A program made the position numbers and the translations under genes. Positions 32,791 to 44,174 of a stretch of 64,000 nt of DNA are shown here, piece by piece. The stretch spans positions 806,001 through 870,000 of the forward strand of contig JAYWIR010000044.1 of assembly GCA_036172245.1 (NCBI GenBank), read 5' to 3'. The DNA is from Raillietiella orientalis (lineage: Eukaryota). The notes under the pieces are model-generated. The model ran no database searches. It saw nothing but the letters and a program-made list of their open reading frames with translations, and had not been told where the DNA came from. Numbering within the stretch: position 1 is the stretch's first letter; each line of letters opens with the position of its first letter.

Positions 32791-34907
32791 TCAGCGTCTC
32801 AGCAACTTGGCCGCCACGTCGGAGAAGTGACCTTCGTTGGAGACGTTGAAGACCTCGTAGAGGATGGTCACGATCCTCTCCATCTCCTGCTTGTAGCTGG
32901 AGAAGAAGACCGCCTCCCTCTTCTGGTACTCCTCCCGCCGAGGCTTAGGCAGGTGCATGCGCCTTATGTAGCCCGACACCTTGTCGCGGAAGAACTTGGA
33001 CAGGATCTCCTGCCATCTCTGGAAGCTACGGGGACACGGAGTCAGGAAGTAGGGACGTCGCCGAGTGCCACTACGCCTTGCGGAAGACAGACAGCCCCGC
33101 AGGCGGGGCGCGCACACCCCTTCCCGCACGCGAAAGGTCCGCCGGAAACTCCGCTCCGTCCTCGATCCGCGGACGGCGGGGCGCGAGCGCGTCACCTGTT
33201 CACCGCGTCCTTGTAAGCGTCTGCATCTCCAAGCTCGATGTCCCTCTTTCCCTCCACGAAGATGAAGTGGTAGTCGCTCCTCAGGTCGTGGATCTGCTTA
33301 TCAAACAGGTGACTCAGGTACCCTTCGTCCGCAGGCTCCTCCCCCTCGGTGACCTTGGCTATCAGGTACTGCAGGAGGTCGTTGTACTTGAGGTAGTTCG
33401 CCTCCAACGAATTAATTACCCTTCCCGGGAGTCGCAGAGACCTCCGCTAATGTCCCGAGAATACTCACTTCTGAAGAGCCCTGCTCACGTAGTCGTCCAT
33501 GGAGAAGTGCAGGTCCCAGTCCTCGTTCGGCAGGAAGCGCGTGCTGCCATCCTCTGCAGAAGCAGGAAGTCAGGATCAGTGCTTGAGTCACAAGGTTGGC
33601 ACAGGTTCCTTCCAGCCCCGTTCTGCAGGGCCGGAAGGAGAAGAAGGAAGCGTGGAGGTAAGGCATTCCCGGAAGAGCTGAGAGTGCCTCACCGGCGGAT
33701 GTTCCTCCCTCCTTATGTGGTCATTCCAATCTCGAACGGTGGCACAGGGATTCAATGGAGCGCGTGAGCTCATTCCTTCTCCTGTCGGACCAATAGAATT
33801 CGGGCGCGTGTTATATCATTGTTTCCCTCCCTTGTTAAGGGTAGCTGAAAAGTAAGTTCGGTCTCCGGCGCGAGTACGGCATGGTTGCGAGAGCTCTCGA
33901 TTGTTGCAAGTAGGCATTGTTGCGAGTAAGGCCATCGTTCCGAGAGCTCCCGATTGTTACGACCCGAAATAGGCTTGAGAAATCCCCAAACTTTCGAAAA
34001 CTTGCGGGAACCATCGGAACATCCCTAGGCTCGGCTTTGGGAAAGAGGAAGAGATTCCCGAAAGAGGACGGAGGAAAGCTCACCCCACTCTTCTCGTTCA
34101 CTTCGCCCGCCGCCGGTGCCTCTTTTCTCACCCAACGAAGCTCGCAAACCAAGCTGCGAACACGATCTTTGACGCGATTGGAGGCAGCAGCTTGATGGGA
34201 GTCTCAGCTGCTGGAACGCGCCGCTTGGAACGAACGAAGAGCCCGAACCACGACGATCCGCTTCCCTTGCGAACGTCCGTTTGCCAACGTTCCTGTTCCG
34301 GGACGAAGAATGTTCGTCTCTTGAACAGGCAGTTCCTCAGTTCCGGTCCCCTCCCCTCCTTCCTTCCTTTCTCCTGTCCCCTCCTCCTCGACTTTTTCCC
34401 TCGGGGCATTCGACTTGACAAATTTGGAGGGAAGCACTCCGTGGACGATCTCTCGGGAGTTCCAGGAGTTCTTCGGGTGCTCGTCCGTGCCTTGCCTGAG
34501 GGTAGTTCCAGGCAGACCGTTCGACAGGCGAGACGGACCCTTCCGAGAGACGCCTGGCAACATCCGGCAGTCCTTGTCGGGAGTGAGCCTGCTTGGGTCG
34601 CGCGGAACCTCGGCACACCTTCTGCTCCCCTGTGGTGGTGGAAGGTCGGACGCTCTCGGTCAGCCGCGAAGGAATCCTCCGGGTCGCCTCTCAAGCAGGT
34701 GGAGCCGGGAAGTTTCCTCCCTCCCTCTCCCCTTGTGCGTCCGTCTCCCTGGCAGCCGCTGCCCGTTGCGAAGGGCGTCGCGGAAGGGGGAGAGTGCTGC
34801 TTACCCAAGTTGCCGCCGGCGGCGCGGGCAGAAGCTTCCAGCAGCAGCAGCAGCAGGAGCAGCAGCAGAGGTGGGAGTGTCTGGGAGCTTTTCGGGGCAG
34901 GCGCCAT
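32791..34907 (-). CDS. Uncharacterised 215-aa secreted protein; exons 34907-34805, 33553-33469, 33420-33196, 33025-32791
   Basis: Exon 1 encodes a signal peptide (MAPAPKSSQTLPPLLLLLLLLLLEASARA) and ends G|GTAAGC. Three further exons with GC3-rich codons join in consistent phases (1,2,2). The TGA stop overlaps an AATAAA (32786-32791). Confidence 0.8.
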
Positions 34908-34975
34908 CGCCTCCTTGGGTCGGGCTGGCGCTGTGTTTTCCTGAGTGAACCTCCTTTAGGCGACCGCGGAACTTG

Positions 34976-35011
34976 AACTGACTTTTCCGAGGCGCAGCGC
35001 TCCTTATCGAT
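34976..35011 (-). promoter_or_regulatory. Putative core promoter of the secreted-protein gene (left-arm copy)
   Basis: Arthropod-type initiator TCAGTT (34976-34981) ~70 nt upstream of the ATG, with GATAAG overlapping a DRE-like ATCGATA at about -30. Confidence 0.45.
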
Positions 35012-35568
35012 GCGGGTGGGGTGGGGAGGGAGAGAGAGAAGGGAAAAGAGCGCACGCTTCGGCTCGCTCGCTCCCATGGGAAGGTGCACACGCGCGTGCC
35101 ACCTGCCGAAGAGACGATCGAGGAAGGAGAGGGGAAGTCGCAGAGGGGAGGTGATGGCGCCCTTGTCAGCGGGTACAAAGGGATCCACTCCGATTGTGGC
35201 GGTCTCCCTGGCTCGCACCTTCACCTCTACGGCGAAGAAAGAAACGGCAAACGGGCCGGAGGAGGAGCTCCCGTCCGGCAACGGCAGAAGAAGCCGTTCC
35301 GGCTATTCATCTGGAGCTACCGGCCTCCTCACCATCTCGCCGGAGGCAGATCAGGGACGTGGTCTCCCGAGTCCCGCCGTCTGTTTCCCCGAAGCATTAG
35401 GGGAGTGCGCGCGGGACTCGAAGGAGGCCCCATTCTCCCTAGGACCGGAGGCGCTCAGAGGACGCGGCCCAACGCACGCGAGCCCTCGGGTCGTTTTGGG
35501 GACACCGAGCGGGAGCTGCGGCCGACTTTCCACCGAAAGTATGCCTTCCTGAAAGAGCTCACTCATCC

Positions 35569-35598
35569 GATCCGCTACTGTGGCCACAGTAGCGGATC
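35569..35598. repeat. Perfect 30-bp palindrome GATCCGCTACTGTGGCCACAGTAGCGGATC (mirror copy 62799-62828)
   Basis: 15-bp arms, no spacer, read directly. Confidence 0.95.
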
Positions 35599-36509
35599 TC
35601 AGTCGCCCTCGGCAACCGAGAAAATTCCTTCCTGCGAACCTCCTCCTTCCGTTCCGTTCGCTTTTGCGCGCTTCTTCGCCCTCTCCCAGCATCTTCGGTC
35701 TTCCTGACCTCGCTCGGCGGTGGAGGCCGGGCGACCTTTCCTCTGTCCTCCAGTCGGCAGACGTCCGAAGACCCGAATCCACCGCCAGAGGAGGTGCAGC
35801 ACTTCCGGAGCACCGTGGGCAGCTTTGAAGACCCCGTCGGCATCCCGCGCGATAGCTCGCGGCCGAGCTGCTCTGCTTTCCCTTTCCTGCAGCTGGCGAG
35901 TGGCAGGTGAGGGCGGACCCCACGCTCATCTCTGCACCCGCGAGATGCCATCCTCTCCTGCTCTCGCTCCCACGAGCTCCTCGAAAGTGGAAGGCTGCTG
36001 CAAGCAGGAGGACACTTACCTCCAGCTCCAAGTCGGACTGTAGAGCCCTCCAAGAAACCTGTTGCAGAGCTTGATCTTTCCCTTAGGTTCTGCCGGTCGT
36101 CTTTCACCTCACGACGGGTGAGCGTGGCTCCCCTGCCAGTGGAGAGACGTCACCGTTGCAGATCTCCTCATTGCTACGGGAGCAGTTTTGATCGCAATGG
36201 GAAATGACCTCGGGTGACCGTGCCTGCAGCACCACTCTCTCCAAAGCTTGTGCACGAAGATTGCACGATTGTTTCCAGGATTACCTCCTGAATTTCGAAA
36301 CCTCAGTGGAAAGGGAACAGGCAGGGCGGCAATTCCAGCCCTTCTTTTCCCTTCCGACTCAGACTTCAGGAATACATTAGCATGGAGATCTGCATAGTTC
36401 ACGATTGCCCGGATCTGCTTAGATCTTTGTGTTTGTCCTCACTCTTCATACTCTTCTCTCTCCTTCCCAAGTACTGTCTGTCCATCATGGAGGCTCCTCG
36501 AATTCTTCG

Positions 36510-36533
36510 ATCCATATCGGGCCCGATATGGAT
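36510..36533. repeat. Perfect 24-bp palindrome ATCCATATCGGGCCCGATATGGAT (mirror copy 61864-61887)
   Basis: 12-bp arms, no spacer, read directly. Confidence 0.95.
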
Positions 36534-37114
36534 ACATTTCCTCTTATCCCTTATTTATTTTATGTAGATAAATGTTTATTCTACGTTTGCTGTATCCCGT
36601 ATAGTTAATCTATGTTGAGCATGGTTTTTCATCGTATCATTTTCTACTTTCTACTGTTAATTCTACGTACGTATGGTCCGGTATATCCGAGATGAGCAAG
36701 TTTCGGAGCTCTGAAAGTGATCCGCCAGTTTGAATGCAATCGCCTTTACTTTCTTCACGGCTTCATTCAGCTCCGCATGGCAGCAGCAAAAAAAGAAAAA
36801 GAAGAAAAAAAACCGTATTTGACCTGAGACGTCAGGGTCGTGAGCTCTACGGCCACGGTTCCCCTTTCACGAGCTCCGCGCTCCATGGAATCTTCCTAAA
36901 ATCGGAGTATCTGAGGATCCTCACAAGTACCCTAAGTTTCCTCGCATCTATTCCCACTCTTCCATCGTTAGCGTTTCAATGGAGAGCAGGAATTCTGGAA
37001 CTTTGCCACTTGTTCACCATCTAGAGCTTCTAGAGCTCTCTTTCGAGGTCGTTAATTGGAATGGTCACTCTGGAGCAAAGCCAGAATGAGGAAACAGCAG
37101 TGAGAGAGAGCAGT

Positions 37115-37244
37115 CGTGAAAGCAATAATAAGAGAGGAATCGTGAAAGTAACAATCAAAGAGAAATCGTGAAAGCAACAATAAAAGAGGAATCGTGAAAG
37201 CAACAATAAGAGGGAAATAATGAAAACAACAATGAGAAAGCAAT
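37115..37244. repeat. 26-bp minisatellite, ~5 copies (CGTGAAAGCAACAATAAGAGAGGAAT-like)
   Basis: Units start at 37115, 37141, 37167, 37193 and (degenerate) 37219. Confidence 0.9.
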
Positions 37245-39994
37245 TAGGAAAGCAAAATGAGTAGGCCAGTGATAAAAAAAAAAAAAACAATGGAATGGAA
37301 TGCAGCAACAACATTATGTCAGCAAAGGCTCGCTCCTGATTTTCAGCATATGCTCTTCCGCTGTTCCGCCTTCCAGGCTTGCCAGGCGCCTCGTCCCGTG
37401 AACGCGATGCATTTCCAGTCGGCCCGTCGAGCGGATGTGCGGCCCAGGAAGCTCAGACACTTCGCGCCTGCGCGACCCTTTGATGCCGCCTGCGAGGCTG
37501 CCGTTCGCAGACCGCGACGGTCCCTCGAACAAAATGTCCTACTCAGGTAAGGATGCTGAGATTGCTGTACGAAAACGGAACGGTCGGTCGTCTCCCTCGT
37601 TCCCGCATCCTGCTGCCGTGCGAAAACCCCCTGAACCCGAAAGGCGACGGCGACGTGCGCATGACAGGGGGTTCCACAACCAAAGCAGCAACACCGGATA
37701 TCTGCCTGCGCAGCACTCCTGACTGTCGATAGCTCACATCTCAACTCACGATCCTCCCTGCAGAGTTTGCTTCCCTCCCGGACGATGGAGCAGAGCGGGA
37801 GGCAGAGATCGGGAGCGTGCGAAAAGACGATGCCAAGGGGAAGAAGGGGAGAGGGGAGGAGAGGACGGAGGAATTTCTCAGATGAGAGGCGTGGGGTGGC
37901 ACTCCTTCCTCCCATCATTCCTGCGATTTCCAATGCATTCCAGCCGCTGATCCTTCCGAGAGGAGCTCGGCGAGAACCGATTTGTCTTCCCCGTTCCCTC
38001 AGTTCGGCGTGCCCGGGGTTGAGTTTTTCCCCTTCTCCTCGTCTGATTTTTCTCCTCGCCTGGCGGGACGCTGGAGAGGAGATACCGGAAGAAGCAGCTC
38101 GATCGCAGGAACACTGATAATGGTTCGTCTTCCTCCTCCTCGTCCTCCTCTCTCCCCTCCCTTCCCCCTCCCTCAGCAAAACTCCCCAATAGATATAGGA
38201 AATAATAGGTCGTCAATCTGTCACCTCTTCTCTCTTTATCAACTGGCACCGTTCCATACCGCGCCCCACGCTCCCCGCTAAAAAAAACACACACACACAA
38301 AAAAAAAGTCTCTCAATGAGGTCAGCACGAAGTCAATCGGATCTTCCAAGAGGGGGAAAGGAATGGATATTCAAATCAAGCTTGCGCGTCTCGCTTCCGG
38401 TCAACCTGCTCGAGGTGCTCCCCAGGAAGGATTCCTCTTCCGGATCGCTTCGCGCGGAGACGCCACTGGAGGAGTCCTCGGGGCAACCGGAACCGGAAGC
38501 GATACGGAGCTTCGAAAGCCACCCGGCCCGGGCACGCCGCACCTGCCAGCCCAGAACGAGTCGCCGCGTTCCCTACTGGCAGCCGGCGCTGAGGTCCTTT
38601 CCGGTGGACCCGCGACCTCGGCGTCGCCGGCAGCCCTCGGCATGCCGAGCTGCTGCAGCCCCTGCGCCTTCCTCGCTCACGGACCTTCGGAGGCAGCAGC
38701 CAAGATGAAAGAACGTGTGGGGGGCATCATCCACTGGAGCCTTTCGCGCTCCGCCGCCGAACTCGTGCGGAGTGAAACTGGAAGCTGGAAGAAGAAAGAG
38801 CCTCAGGGAACTCTCGTGATATGACCAGCGGATGCTAAAAGCGAGGACGGAGATCGACCAGGTCGCTTAGCCGGCTGCGGGTCTCGTCCGTGGGCCGAGG
38901 GGAAGCTGCAGAGGAAGGTGGTCACCTGGAGCGACGACACGCTTGAGGGGACGGAAGACTTTGCTTTGCGCTGCTTTGAGCTAGTGGTCACGAATCACTC
39001 TCCGATGCGCATCTGCTCTGGTCATGCGCATCCCCAACCTCCTTAGATCCGTTTCCTCCTTCTCCCTGCGCTTTGCCCTTCGAAGGTTCACGTTCGCTTC
39101 CCTTTCCTGGGCTTCGCGGTCCCTCTCGAAGTGGACCTCTCGCCTCAGGGTCTCGCCTTCCCACAGGAAGCTAGCGTCTCCCTGGAAACACATCCTTCTC
39201 GGGGAAGCGCGATGGACGTTCCTCGCGTCCCTTGCCCACCGCCAGTCGGGAGGGACATCAAAGGCAAAGGTCGCTCGGAAAAGCGCCTGCAGCATTCCAA
39301 GGAGGAGCCGCCGTTGGGCTGGACAGGCAGCGTCCCGCTCGCCGTGCCCTCTTGGCGGGAGCCCCTTCGAACGCTCAGGTACCACCGAGGTGCTGCGGTG
39401 GCCTCCGGTCGGTGCCGGGGGACACCCCAGCACCGACCGTAGACGCCGTTGCCGTGAGGAGACCCGAGGTCGCCGGGGCGCACGCGACGTGCCGTGGCAC
39501 TCGCGCCGCGCGTCGAAGGCTCTTGGCGGAACGCACCGAAGATCTTCCTGAACCGGGGTCGCCAGCGCGCCCCGGAGGATCGCCTGCCGCTCTTGCTGTC
39601 TGCCTGATGGCTCCTTCCCAGAGCCATCCTCCGCCCGAGACCGCGCCGGTGTCCCTTCGTCCCAGGAGACGGCCTGACCTGCGAACGGAGTCGCTCCTGG
39701 AGCAGCGGATGTTCCTCCCTAGTGAGCCCTTCGTCCCTCTTGGTCTTCTGCCCGGGTCCTGTAGCTACGGTTGCTGTTTCAGCTGATTCTCCTGTTTTGC
39801 CTCACATCCCTTGCTGTTTCGGCGAGGGGGTCCTGGGTGGCCGCTCTCGTCGTTGCTATCCTGATCACCCTTCCCGAAGATCCGCTTCGCCCCTCCCCAA
39901 CGACAACGCTTTCCCGGTTGCGGATGAGGGCAAGGGGATCTCTCGAGCTGCGCGCCTTCAAGCGAGCGCTCTTGCGCTGGGCATGGCTGCACGT

Positions 39995-40860
39995 GAGAAG
40001 AGAAGAGAAGAGAAGAGAAGAGAAGAGAAGAGAAGAGAAGAGAAGAGAAGAGAAGAGAAGAGAAGAGAAGAGAAGAGAAGAGAAGAGAAGAGAAGAGAAG
40101 AGAAGAGAAGAGAAGAGAAGAGAAGAGAAGAGAAGAGAAGAGAAGAGAAGAGAAGAGAAGAGAAGAGAAGAGAAGAGAAGAGAAGAGAAGAGAAGAGAAG
40201 AGAAGAGAAGAGAAGAGAAGAGAAGAGAAGAGAAGAGAAGAGAAGGAAGAGAAGAGAAGAGAAGAGAAGAGAAGAGAAGAGAAGAGAAGAGAAGAGAAGA
40301 GAAGAGAAGAGAAGAGAAGAGAAGAGAAGAGAAGAGAAGAGAAGAGAAGAGAAGAGAAGAGAAGAGAAGAGAAGAGAAGAGAAGAGAAGAGAAGAGAAGA
40401 GAAGAGAAGAGAAGAGAAGAAGAGAAGAGAAGAGAAGAGAAGAGAAGAGAAGAGAAGAGAAGAGAAGAAGAGAAGAGAAGAGAAGAGAAGAGAAGAGAAG
40501 AGAAGAGAAGAGAAGAGAAGAGAAGAAGAGAGAAGAGAAGAGGAAGAGAAGAGAAGAGAAGAGAAGAGAAGAGAAGAGAAGAGAAGAGAAGAGAAGAGAA
40601 GAGAAGAGAAGAGAAGAGAAGAGAAGAGAAGAGAAGAGAAGAGAAGAGAAGAGAAGAGAAGAGAAGAGAAGAGGAAGAGAAGAGAAGAGAAGAGAAGAGA
40701 AGAGAAGAGAAGAGAAGAGAAGAGAAGAGAAGAGAAGAAGAGAAGAGAAGAGAAGAGAAGAGAAGGGAAGGGAAGGGAAGGGAAGGGAAGGGAAGAGAAG
40801 AGAAGAGAAGAGAAGAGAAGAGAAGAGAAGAGAAGAGAAGGGAAGAGAAGAGAAGAGAAG
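39995..40860. repeat. (AGAAG)n pentanucleotide microsatellite, ~170 units, with a short (GGAAG)n block and a degenerate purine-rich tail to ~41090
   Basis: Direct reading. Confidence 0.99.
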
Positions 40861-42472
40861 GGAGGAGAAGGGAAGAGAAGAGGAGATCAAGAGGAGGAGG
40901 GGTGTAAGGAAGAGGACGAGGAGAAAGAAAGGAAGAGGAAAGAAGGAGGAGCAAAAGAGAAGCAGGAGCAGGAGAAAAGGGGAATGGGGAAGAGGAGGAA
41001 GAAGGTGGAGGAGAGGTGAGAATGAGGGAAGAAGAGGACGAAAAAGGGTGAGGAAGAGGAGGAGAAAGGAAGAGGGAGGGGAGGAGGTGGAAGCGAGTCG
41101 GGCCGCACCGCAGGGGACGGCTCGCGCCGACGGCGGGATCTGGACGCTTGGACCCGTCGCGCGGGAGAATCGCCGACGCCGCCTTGGTCTTCGCACGGTC
41201 CGGTCACCTTCGGACGACGCTGGTCAGGGTCCAATAGCGGCGGTTTCCTCCCTCGCGTGCCTCCCCGACGCCGCTACCCTGGTCGCGATATCCGCGGCCG
41301 GCTTCACTCGCTGGTGCATCCCGGCCTTCCCGACGTCGCTGCCGAGTTACCCTGAATTACGCCGCCGCATTTCCTGAAGAGGGCGCTCGCGCGAGCCCCC
41401 GTCCTCCGAAGGCGCGCTGCGCGTCCTCTTCTTCCCGGCCCTCCGGCCGCCGCGTTCTCCATGCGGAACGTGATTGGCGGAAAAACCCGTGAGGTCAGCA
41501 GCTTGAAAGAACTACCGATGGAGAAACCGTTGGTCTTCTCAAGGAGAAGTATATGGTAACTTGGCATCTTCGCCTTCTTTCTCAGGAACCTCAGCATCTC
41601 TTCTGGTTATTGACGTCGAGAAGTTCAGAGGTCAACGGCATCCCACAGAACGTGTGACCACGACAGCTGGAAATTCCTTGAGCGCGGACAAGCAAAGATA
41701 TATCCACCAACTGCATGGGATGAGGGCGTCGGCACCCTCACCATCTTCACCATCTTCCTGTCCTCCTCCATATCTTCTTGCCATGCTCTTCTTGCAGTAC
41801 CAATCCCATTCACGCTGAGCCTAAGAAACAACCAACAGATACCTCAATCTATGAAGGTGCAATCCGGAAGATCTCCGCAACGAGACTTTATCGTAAGGAA
41901 GACAAGATTTTGGAAGGTCCGCTGCTGGGGCCTCGACAGCCACACGAACCTCCTTCGTCGACGCAGACAGACAGAGGGGGGACTTCGCGACACTCTCCTT
42001 CCTGGAGCGCTACCGAAAGCGTCAAAGATGCAATCGAGCAACCCAGCGGCCTCTGGGATGACCACCCTTGTCCCCTGACTAAGGAACGGGAAGGAGCATG
42101 CTGAAGATGCTGAAGATTTCAAGCAGACGGTTGATGGTTGCACACTTCCATGAAGCGGGCATTTCAGGAAAAATAAAATAAGAGAAGGGAAGACCAGCTG
42201 GAACAGGCACCGGCATACATGATACCAACCACACAGCGCCACCGACGAGTGCAGCAAGCTCGTGCGATCGCCATCACCGGGGGCTGCACCGCAAACATCA
42301 GCAACGAAGCAGAACAGAAGGAGCTTCACCAAGGCGAATCTGAGCGAAGGTCACTACGGGCAAGGTGCGAAGAGTGCGCTTCCTACCGGACTCGACGACC
42401 AAGACGCTGCACTGGAGTCACCCGGCTGCCGACACCCAATGACACAGGACCTCTTCCTTTGCCGACAAACAC

Positions 42473-42640
42473 CCGAAAAAAGGGGAGCAGCCAGGGCCCG
42501 GGCGACCCCGTGCAGGTCGAAGACGAGCACCTCCTCCCGAAGGACCATCGTCTTGTCCCGCTCGATCGTCCTCTTCGACTGCAGGAGCTCCTTCAGGAAC
42601 CAGGAGGCGACTGACTTCCGCAGTTCCTCTTCTTGTTCAT
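42473..42640 (-). CDS. Same exon, left-arm copy
   Basis: Mirror of 55756-55923. Confidence 0.5.
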
Positions 42641-43709
42641 CTGGGACGCCCGTCGCCCCACATCACTCTGCTTCTTCCGCTTCCTGACCTCCGTACGGAA
42701 AGAGCGACCGCTAAGTTTTTCCAGCTGGTTCATCACCCGCTCGCGGCGCGACGTTTCTTATGAAAATAATAAGCATACATACATGTGTAGGGGGACCATC
42801 TGCCCTACATCGTCCGAAAATGCTCGGAACCTGCCGAGTAAACGGGAAGTGCTGCTCCAGGCCGGCGAGGTTCGCCTCGCCGCCCGGCGGAGGGGGAAGG
42901 GGCGAACAAAAACCAAAATCAAATCAAAAAATGTGTGCAAAAAAAGGTCAGGGACGGTCAGGAAAGATATCACCGGGTTTCAGAGGACGTCTTCTGCATC
43001 CTTTCCAGGATGACGGAAAGTTTCCACCCGAGTATGCCTCAGCTGGGGCCACCATCTTGCTGCCGTCCGCAGGAAGCGCAGGGCCAAGGGCAGGTGACAT
43101 CCTCATCGTGCCGTCCTCCCCTCGCGTAGCTCCAGGCCGCCGCGATCCCGCGTAGGCAGAAGCAAAGAGCTGCTGGGCATGCGCCAGGCGAAAGGGCATC
43201 GCGCACGAAGACGCGTCACCTGCGATTGCCCGTCGGTGCACCAAGGGCCGTTGCGTAACGCAAGCGCAGGGTCCGGAGCGCAACGCAGTCTACGAGCAGA
43301 TGCGAAAGCTGGGATTCCCCGTTTCCCACGCCCGCCGCAGTTCGGGTCCACAGCCCCCGGATCTAGCGAGAGCGGCAGGCGTTGGACGAGTGACCCCAGT
43401 GCAGCAGCAGAAGGGCCGACTCCTTCCACTTCACGGGGAGGATCCCGTTGTTCTTCAGCACTGAGGGGCAACTGGACGGATCGTCCTGTGGGATTCCCAG
43501 CAGCTCACCTCACCGCTACAATCCTTTCGGTAGACCACTTGGGGTTGCGGTTTCCGTGAGCCTCCCCGTGGTCGAACAACCACCTCATTCCTTCGTCCGA
43601 AGACGTGCTTCGCAACTGCCCTGCCATTCGGCCGGCTGGTTACTGCCCAGTTACTGCTCCCTGAGGTACGGCACTGCTGCGGCCAGGGAGGCTCGTTGCG
43701 CCCACGCAC

Positions 43710-44174
43710 ACGTGGTGGGGCTGCACGATGACGTCCTGCAGCGAGCGGGTGTTGTAGGGGGAGCGCGGCAGTCGCCGCCGCATTTCCGGGCGCGCTCCGT
43801 TGTCCTTGGCCCACGTGCAGACTGTTTCCTGCAACCAGGCGCTACCGTTGGCGAGCTGCAAGAAGATCCAGTTGTTGGTCCTGTTCAGCCTGGCCATTCG
43901 CCGGAGCCGCACTGCGCAGCTGGACACGTTTCGTCTGCGCCGCTGCGCCAGGAACGAAGACAGTCCCGCGTAGCCGGTGGCTCGCTTGACCAGGTGTCGC
44001 GCGGACTCGCACCAGTTCGTGCTCCACGACTTCGCCTCTAGGGCGAGCGCCGTCCACTGGAGCTGTTGCCTCAGGCGGTGCAGCGTCAGGAGGCCGAGAA
44101 CTCCGCTACGACGCAATTCCTTCAGGCGGATCCACAGAGCGATTTTCAGGAGGTCCTTCGTCCTCTTGCTTATA
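43710..44174 (-). CDS. Same exon, left-arm copy
   Basis: Mirror of 54222-54686. Confidence 0.6.

Noticed and set aside
37115..37244. Regularly spaced repeats as a possible CRISPR array
   Set aside because: The units are contiguous 26-mers with no unique spacers, there are no cas genes, and the context is eukaryotic: a minisatellite.
39722..41377. Long ORFs of REEKR / FSSLL repeats (also 57200-58673)
   Set aside because: These are translations of the (AGAAG)n microsatellite, which has no stops in any frame; not evidence of coding.
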